Part shown: one piece after another, positions 50,640-57,692 of the stretch
Numbering within the stretch: the stretch's first letter is position 1
Layout of the letters: every line of letters begins with the position of its first letter
DNA from: Gekko japonicus
Lineage: Eukaryota
Direction: 5' to 3'
Length of the DNA stretch: 57,692 nucleotides
NCBI RefSeq assembly: GCF_001447785.1
Contig: NW_015168053.1
Coordinates: 609,308-666,999, forward strand
Notes under the pieces: model-generated
Told to the model about the DNA's origin: nothing
Seen by the model: only the letters and a program-made list of their open reading frames with translations
The model's database searches: none
Program-made: the position numbers and the translations under genes

Positions 50640-51480
50640 CTAACCATAAGCGAAGGCAGAGCTCCTATCCCCGATCCGAGAATCTGGGCCGTGACCTGGG
50701 ACCTAGCCCTAAGCCCCCGGCTTCAAAGCCACCAGATTCCTCTTTCGCCCCCCAAACCCAGGCGTCCTGGCTCCCGGCATCCCCCTTGGTCTAAAACCAC
50801 CGGGCACGAACCCCTCTTTCCAAGTCATGCCGCGTCCTGCGCTCACCTCCGCGGACGGTCCCTTCCCACGTGCAGGCAGCTGGCCAAAGGGGATCTTGGG
50901 GAGGGGTCGCCGCCCGCCGGCTGCTTAGGCACTTGTGAGCCGATCAGGACCTGGGAAAACCCATTTCTGAGAGGGACCAGTCCCCCCGCCCCCCGGCTGC
51001 CTCCTTGCAAAATTACCCGCCTCTCCTCTTCCTGACTGGCCCGCCCGTTTCCTGCCTCTCTTGCGCGGCTTCCTTTGCTTCGGTGCGAGAATGAGCCGTG
51101 GGTGGGTTTCCTTCTCCCCTCTCCCGTCCTCCTCCATTGCACCACCAGGGCAGCCATTGGCGCTTCTTGCATTATCTATTGGTCAAGGTATCTATCACTC
51201 AGGGATGATCAAAGGGGTGGGGACTGGAAAAGAGAATTCCCCGCGTGTGCGCGCAAAACGGACTGATGAGTTGAGCACGCGAGGCGCGGGGCCGGATCCC
51301 CGGGCTTGCAAGGCGAGGGCAGCGTGCTGGGAGTGGGAGGGTCCGGACTACCGAGGGAACGGGTTGGAGATCGGATAACTCAAGAGCAGGGATATAGGCA
51401 ACGGAGACTCCCATTCACTTACTTGCAGCCCGATCCGCTGCAAGTTTACTCGGGAGTAAGCCCCACGTAGTCCAGCGAAT
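50640..51480. promoter_or_regulatory. CpG island, probable bidirectional promoter of MBOAT7 (-) and TSEN34 (+)
   Basis: GC/CpG-rich; ATTGG boxes ~51157 and ~51178; GC boxes; minus-strand donors at ~50846 (GAG|gtgagc) and ~51016 (CGG|gtaatt) for an MBOAT7 non-coding first exon. Confidence 0.75.
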
Positions 51481-52121
51481 TTTACTGTAAAGTAGAATCA
51501 CGGCCTAAGGTAGTGAAGGCGTTGGGGGAAAATGTGATCATGCAAAATGTGAATTAGTTCCTTCCTTTATAAGTAGCCGTAAAAGCTCTTAGGAAGGATT
51601 ATACATCCGTAAATATATCCGTAGCGTTTAAGTTAAGAGAATGATTTATACTCTTCTTGAAGACAATGGTGCATTAGGGGCCCTTGTTAAGTAAGTGGCA
51701 TTATATAGTTGTTGAAATTTTCCGGATTTCTTCTGCAAAAGCAGGGGGAGAACCGTTTGGACTAGTAAACCCCAGGCAATAACAGCCACCTGTCAATTCA
51801 GGTAAGGGATCATACATAGAGTTGCCAGCTCCAAGTTGAGAAACGCCAGGAGATTTGGGAGAGGAGCCTGGGGAGGACAGGGACCTCAGTGGGGTACAAT
51901 GCCATTTTCCTTAGGGGAATGGATCTCTTTAGTCTGGGGAGGAGTTGTAATTCCTGGGGATCCCCAGGTCCCACCTAGAGACTGGTATTCTTAATCTGTC
52001 CACAGCATCAGGTGCATTTGGAGGCTGCTGGGAGACATCTGCAAACAGCAGCCTTACCTCTGAAGCCTATGAATATCACAATTGGTCTTCTTTGCAGAGA
52101 AAGACACATACAGGCCTTGTT

Positions 52122-52370
52122 ATGATCCAAATCCACATCCTGGAGGGAAAGGCTTTTGTGTGGAATTCCGGTGATGCACAGCGTATCCGGGAAGAACACC
52201 GCATCGTCGGCACGCTGGTTGGGGCGCTGCCTCGGAAGCCGCGGCAGAACATGCGGCTGGGCCTTCCCCTCCAGTTGCTCCCAGAGGAGGCCCGACTGTT
52301 GGCAGAGAAGGGTGTGGCAACCTTTCTTAAAACCCCGACTTCTCAGCCCTTGGCAGATGATGCAGGCCAG
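52122..52370 (+). CDS. TSEN34: TSEN34 first coding exon
   Basis: ATG at 52122 after ttgcag acceptor (52097); CAG|gtaagg donor. Confidence 0.92.
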
Positions 52371-55300
52371 GTAAGGGTTGATCTGATCTTGGACAGCTCC
52401 CTGCAGAAGGGGGAAAAACATATTCTTGGCAGATTTGGTGTCGACTTGGATGAGCATGAAAGATGGGTCACATAGAGGCCATTGTCTGCATAGTGATCAG
52501 TATCCTGCAATCTTTTCAGACCCAGGAGCCCTTCCACGCCAGTTTGGTGTAGTGGCTAGGAGCGCAGACTCTAATCTGGGAGAACTGAGTTTGATTCCCT
52601 ACTCATCCACATGCAGCTGCTGGGTGTCCTTGGGCAAGCCGGAGTTCTCTCAGAGCTGTTCTCTCAGCCCCACCTACTTCACAGGGTGTCTGCTGTGGGG
52701 AGAGGAAGGGAGAGGAGGTTGTAAGCCACTCTGAGTGAAGGGTGGGGTATAAATCCAATCTCTTTTTCTTGAATGACAGGATGGGGCCCACCAGTTACAG
52801 TCTTCCCTCCTATATGCCTGTTTCCCCTGTCACTTTTTAGGGAACCCAGAGGCAAAGAATGACAGAAGTTCATGTTTAATAGAGATATAAGAAGAGGGAA
52901 ACCTTGAAGTGCATCAGTGCAGTTAACAAAAACCCATCTACCATTGCAGAATGGTTGAAAATAAAGCCACTCATTCTTCCTGCACCTGTCTTTAAAAAGA
53001 AAATTCAAAAAACAAAGGGTCAAGCCCCATTAGGTCATGTCCCTCACTGGCGGCCGATGGTATAAGAGGCAGGAGCGCCAGAGTAATATTCCCCATTCAG
53101 GGCAGCATCCACTCCTGCCCCAAGCTGGTTCCTGAGAGCCGATCCAAAGGTGTGGGCGGGCAAGTGGAACGCTCTTTATGACTTCCTTCTCACTGTCCCT
53201 CATGTTCCCAGTGTTCAGGGAGCAGGACGCTTCCGGCTTGCGTGACTCCGTTCCTCTCCCCAGAGTGCAAATCCTTCCCTATTACATTCCTAGTCAGGGG
53301 GAGGAACTAATCCAGACTGTGCAACAGTTCCAATAATGGATCTGGATTAAGGCCACCGTTAAAACTCTGGCCAAGCCAATGCATTTGCAGGAACCCGGTG
53401 GAAATGGATAAAATGTAGTTTGAGGCTCGGATTTACTCTGGGATGCAGAGGTGGAGAAAGAGTGGTGCTGAGCTTGCCTGCCTGTGTTCGCAGGATCCCT
53501 CCCTCTTGGAGGCAGTGGCTGCCTACCAAAAGGAGCAAGAGGAGAGCTATCGGGAGCAGGTCAGGCTTGCTGGCGAACAAAGGCAGGCCCTGATGGGCAC
53601 ACTGGCTGAACACATAGCGCAGGGCCGGGCAAAGAAACGGCAGCAGAAAGGGGAAGAAGCAGGTGAGTGTCGCTCTTTTGCTCTATGGGGCCTTTGCATG
53701 GGGTAAGGAGATGGGGAGAGTCCAAAAGGATAAGAGAACAGCTAGACCGGCCTGGACCAATCCTGTATATCATATCTCTGTCCATAGCAAGATGTGGATG
53801 CTCCAGAAAGGAGAGGATACTGGAAGCATCCCACATAAGATACTATAAATATTTCTTAATTCCATTTATGGCTTTGAAGGTGTTAGGATTCCATGCGTTA
53901 GCATTGAAGCTGTGAATGTTTTTCCACTTTCATAACCTTCGAATCACCTAATGTCATTAATAGCAGATGGTGAGAAAACTGTCCTTTGAATAGCAGATTG
54001 TTGTGTGTTAAGAGGCACTGCCGAAAGACACGGTGGCGGCCACTAGCTCAAAAGGGGGATTGGATGTTCGTGGACTATCAATGGCTAGGGACTGTGATAA
54101 GAAAATGGAACCTCCCTATATCGAGGCAGTATACCTCGAACTGACAGATACCAGAGGCAATCAGGGCTGTTGCCATCCTGCCTTGGCTTGTGAACTTCCT
54201 AGATATATTTGGCTGGCCACTGTTAGAAAGAAGATGCAGGAGGCCTTGGGCTGATCAAGCAGTACTTTGGATGCAGTGCTAGCATTATATGCACCAAACG
54301 CACTGCAGAGCATCCTGCATCCTGTAAGAACCACCATGCCGTATCAAAGAAATTGTCCACCTAATCCGGCAGCAGACTGGGAAGCTGGAACAACCTGGGA
54401 AAAAAAGTCATTATAATGCCCCCAACCCCTGTAGATTTTGTATTCTAAAGAGAAATGTTTTTCCCCTTCCCTGTCTACTAGGGCTTTGGTATATTTTGAA
54501 ACCTGTTTTGCACCCAGCATCTTGTGGTCCAGTTAAGTCTGTAATACATTCTGCATTCTATTGTAAGACTTGTACAAACTGCAGAGTAGAGTTTGCCATT
54601 TTCATCGAGCAGAGGAATTACTTATCCTTAACCTTGATATGGGCCATTTCAGGGATAAAACACTCTGTACCTGCTCAGGGGCACTCTCGGCAATGGCACT
54701 GGAAAGTACAAGAGCCCAGGCTCAGTTCTGGATTCTGTGTGAGGAGGCTCTTCCTAAAGGATTAAGTAGCTCAGATAAATCCTTTTGACATAATAGTGGA
54801 AACAAATTATTTGGGAGTTTAAAAAATTGTGCATATAGGTCGATTTTTAATTATAGTTAGTAATGTAAGTAGCTCCTTATTCTGTATTTGTCATTATGTA
54901 TGAAATAAATTTTAAAATAGCTCAGATTAGGAATAAACTTGATTTGTATCTGCTGTTTCTCTTCTATCCAGTGGTTTTATTTACATGGCGTTCTTCTTAA
55001 CTACTGTTTTATGTCTCCTTATAGTGAAAGGCTATTTTCAAATGTCGTTCTGGGCCTCTGACCTGCATCACCAAGAACTTTTCCTGAAGTTAATGGCTCC
55101 TAAAACAAGTTCTGTACAACCATGATAACAAATCAGATTGTTTATATAGAAATGCATCTTGAGCATAGGTGGCATCTACAGATGCCTTAAATAGCTTGGA
55201 GTAAAGTTGCTAGAAATGTTTCTCCTCCAAGGGATCATAAAGTCTGATGCTACTTTCTGTGTCTTATCAGCCACCAGCAGGATGAACAAGGAGGTGGGCA

Positions 55301-56530
55301 AGATCAGCCAGTTCTCATTTTTGCTTTTGTTTCCAGAGCCTCCATCAAAACCTGCAGACTCGGAACCTAGTTTTGTGTTTCCCCGGGAAGCGATGATGGT
55401 CCAACTCCCAACAGAGCGGACCCAACGGGGACAGGAAGAAAAGGTGGACTGGCGTTTGCCCTCCAAAGAGTGGCCATACAGTGGACAACCAGAGCATGAG
55501 ATGCGCTACCATGTTTTCCAGAACCTTTGGGAACGAGGCTACTATATCACCAGTGGGAGCAAATTTGGGGGCGACTTCCTTGTTTATCCAGGTAGAGGAA
55601 ATGTCTGGGGCTGGCAGGGAGTTGGTGGCATTCTGGTAAAACGTTATTAAAAATCTGAAGGAAGGACATATCTGTAGGAATCCTCCTTGGAAATTATTAA
55701 GCTTCCCGTCAATTTTCCCGTCCCTTAGTCCCAGCAGCAGCAGACTTTAAACCATGCCCATGTCATAGCTGTTCCCACAGTCTCTTGGGAATGGCAGGGA
55801 GCTGAGAAATCTTTCAGAGCCTCACTTGCAGAACTGCCAGCCCCAGGGTTCTTATGGAGTTTGCTAGCCTTGGAGAAGTGCAGAAACTTGCACCCATTTG
55901 TTCTAGAACAGTGGTGGCGAACCTTTTAGAGACTGAGTGCCCAAACTGCGACCCAAAACCCACTTATTTATCGCAAAGTGCCAACACGGCAATTTAACCT
56001 GAATACTGACGTTTCACTTTAGAAAAAACAACTCATACATTAACTTAAGAGGATCCAAACAAAGTAAGGAAAGCAATCCCAAATGCTTTCATTTACTTAA
56101 ATTTATTTGGCAGAGAATTCGACACTTTAATGATGGTCTGGGCCTGGCTGGGGCGATGGCATGCGTGCCCGCAGAGAGGGCTCTGAGTGCCACCTCTGGC
56201 CCCCGTGGGTAACTAACCTGGAATTGCCGCAGGTCCCACCACTGTTCTAGAATAATGCAAAGCAGTCGTCAAGAAAGAGGTCTTTCATAAGTCAGCCTGG
56301 GCATTCTTCCTCTGGTAATTATTCTGCCTCCCACCCCGACAGGTGACCCGATGAGGTTCCACGCCCATTATATCGCCCTCTGTGTGCCTCAAGATGCACC
56401 CCTCTCCTTATGTGACATCATCAGCGTAGGACGGCTTGGCACCAACGTCAAGAAGACTGTTCTTCTCTGCTCCGTGGACCAGGACGGGACTGTAGCGTAC
56501 ACATCCTTGCAGTGGAGTGGGATGCAGTGA
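52122..56530 (+). CDS. TSEN34: tRNA-splicing endonuclease catalytic subunit Sen34, 4 coding exons, 286 aa
   Basis: join(52122..52370,53494..53662,55337..55591,56343..56530). GTLVGALPRKPRQNMRLGLPLQLLPEEA; catalytic [20 protein letters not shown]...GRLGTNVKKT (Tyr/His/Lys triad present). Confidence 0.95.
52538..52770 (+). mobile_element. Squam3-like SINE
   Basis: gccagtttggtgtagtgg head, ggtataaatccaatctc tail. Confidence 0.8.
53494..53662 (+). CDS. TSEN34: TSEN34 exon (DPSLLEAVAAYQKEQEESY...GEEA)
   Basis: tcgcag acceptor, G|gtgagt donor. Confidence 0.9.
55337..55591 (+). CDS. TSEN34: TSEN34 exon (EPPSKP...[10 protein letters not shown])
   Basis: ttccag acceptor, G|gtagag donor. Confidence 0.93.
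55909..56244. mobile_element. hAT (Charlie-like) MITE with perfect TSD ttctagaa
   Basis: cagtggtggcgaacct ... aggtcccaccactg TIRs; ttctagaa at 55901-55908 and 56245-56252. Confidence 0.85.
56343..56530 (+). CDS. TSEN34: TSEN34 last coding exon ([10 protein letters not shown]...YTSLQWSGMQ*)
   Basis: cgacag acceptor; TGA at 56528-56530. Confidence 0.95.
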
Positions 56531-57303
56531 GAACGGACCGACCGTTGTTAATGTGGGCTGATAACACTGCTGAGCTCTCGGTGTGCCATTCCGGCAACAG
56601 TGAGGGATTGGCATTCCTTGGCGAAGGCTGCCCTAAGCCACCTTGCTCACAGTGGCCTTTGTCAACATTTTAATTGCATAAACAGTTGCAACAGTTCTTA
56701 GAAGGGTACTCTAAACCCCTTCTAGGGGCAGCTGCAGGGCGTGGGATGGGAGTGCTCCATGTCTAGAAAGGGACAGATTGTTAATTTCTACCAGGCTGCC
56801 ATTGACAGCCTCAGCCACAGCATGAAAGTAACATCTTTTATTTAGCCCTGTCTTTTGCCTGCTCAGAAATAGGAAGGGACCAGAGCTGAGTGGGTAGGGG
56901 ATATGATTTAGAAACAAAAGAAGTTCTTGCTTTATGTGGCCAACAGCAGCTCTCATCTCTATGATGCAAATGTGGGGTATCAGACAAGCGCCTCTGCCAG
57001 CAGTCTGGATTGCCCAGCAAGACAGATGCTTCTTGAGCCGGTAGTGGGCCAGGCCTGCAGTTAGCTAAGCAGCTCAGAATGTGCACAGAGCCAAGCAAAG
57101 AGTCCAGCAGTGGAAGGGACTGAGCTCAGGGCGTTAACGTTCTTTACAAATAATTTATTTGATTAAATGCAAATGCAGTTATTTTCCTGTTCTGGCTTGT
57201 TCTTGGGACTTAAGTTTGGAGGGATCCAGCCAAATGGAGCTTCCCTCCGCTCGAGGAGACTCTGGGTGTATTCTGAGCTGGGCCTCTTCTTTCCTCATGC
57301 TGG

Positions 57304-57520
57304 AACAGTAGCATCTAAATGATTGATTTGTTGGATTTAGTCATTGGGGGTGGAATTTTACCCCCAGCCCGGGTAAAACAGGCTTTCTGTCTTGGCACAG
57401 AATAAGAGAACAAACAGTAGCATCTAAATGATTGATTTGTTGGATTTAGTCATTGGGGGTGGAATTTTACCCCCAGCCCGGGTAAAACAGGCTTTCTGTC
57501 TTGGCACAGAATAAGAGAAC
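57304..57520. repeat. 109-bp tandem duplication
   Basis: aacagtagcatctaaatg...gaataagagaac starts at 57304 and 57413. Confidence 0.92.
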
Positions 57521-57692
57521 TGTTAAAGTGACACGCAGCTAATTCCATCACTGGAAGACTGAAAAACAGAGGGGTCTTGTGGACGGCTTAGGCTAGGGTA
57601 GCTGTGGAGACTTCCTTGCCTAAACGAATTCATTCAGACCACACAAAAAAAGCCATTCTGAAAGGTTTCGAGTCCACAGGATGATACCCATC

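Noticed and set aside
54650-54760. Possible extra TSEN34 exon
   Set aside because: Candidate acceptor/donor pairs either lack a GT in the required phase or create a TAG at the junction.

Overview
Vertebrate genomic DNA, almost certainly squamate and probably a gecko, judged from Sauria-type SINEs, abundant Squam3-like SINEs and TAGGGTTGCC-ended MITEs. It carries five intron-containing genes in the order and orientation recalled for human 19q13.42: the 3' part of CNOT3 (+), LENG1 (-), TMC4 (-), MBOAT7 (-) and TSEN34 (+). I reconstructed exons by hand from splice sites and reading frame, and all frames join cleanly: LENG1 257 aa, TMC4 716 aa, MBOAT7 472 aa, TSEN34 286 aa. Introns are dense with SINEs, hAT-type MITEs with 8-bp target-site duplications, Penelope and CR1 fragments, one LINE reverse-transcriptase remnant and many local tandem duplications. 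There are two 43-N assembly gaps. The most unusual items are: a tandem pair of spacer-less 70-bp palindromes in a CNOT3 intron (probably a collapsed DIRS-type element), a ~300-bp-arm inverted repeat in the likely LENG1 3' UTR, and a GC-AG first intron in LENG1. I found no convincing new multi-gene system. Gene and repeat names come from recalled sequence similarity, not from database searches.
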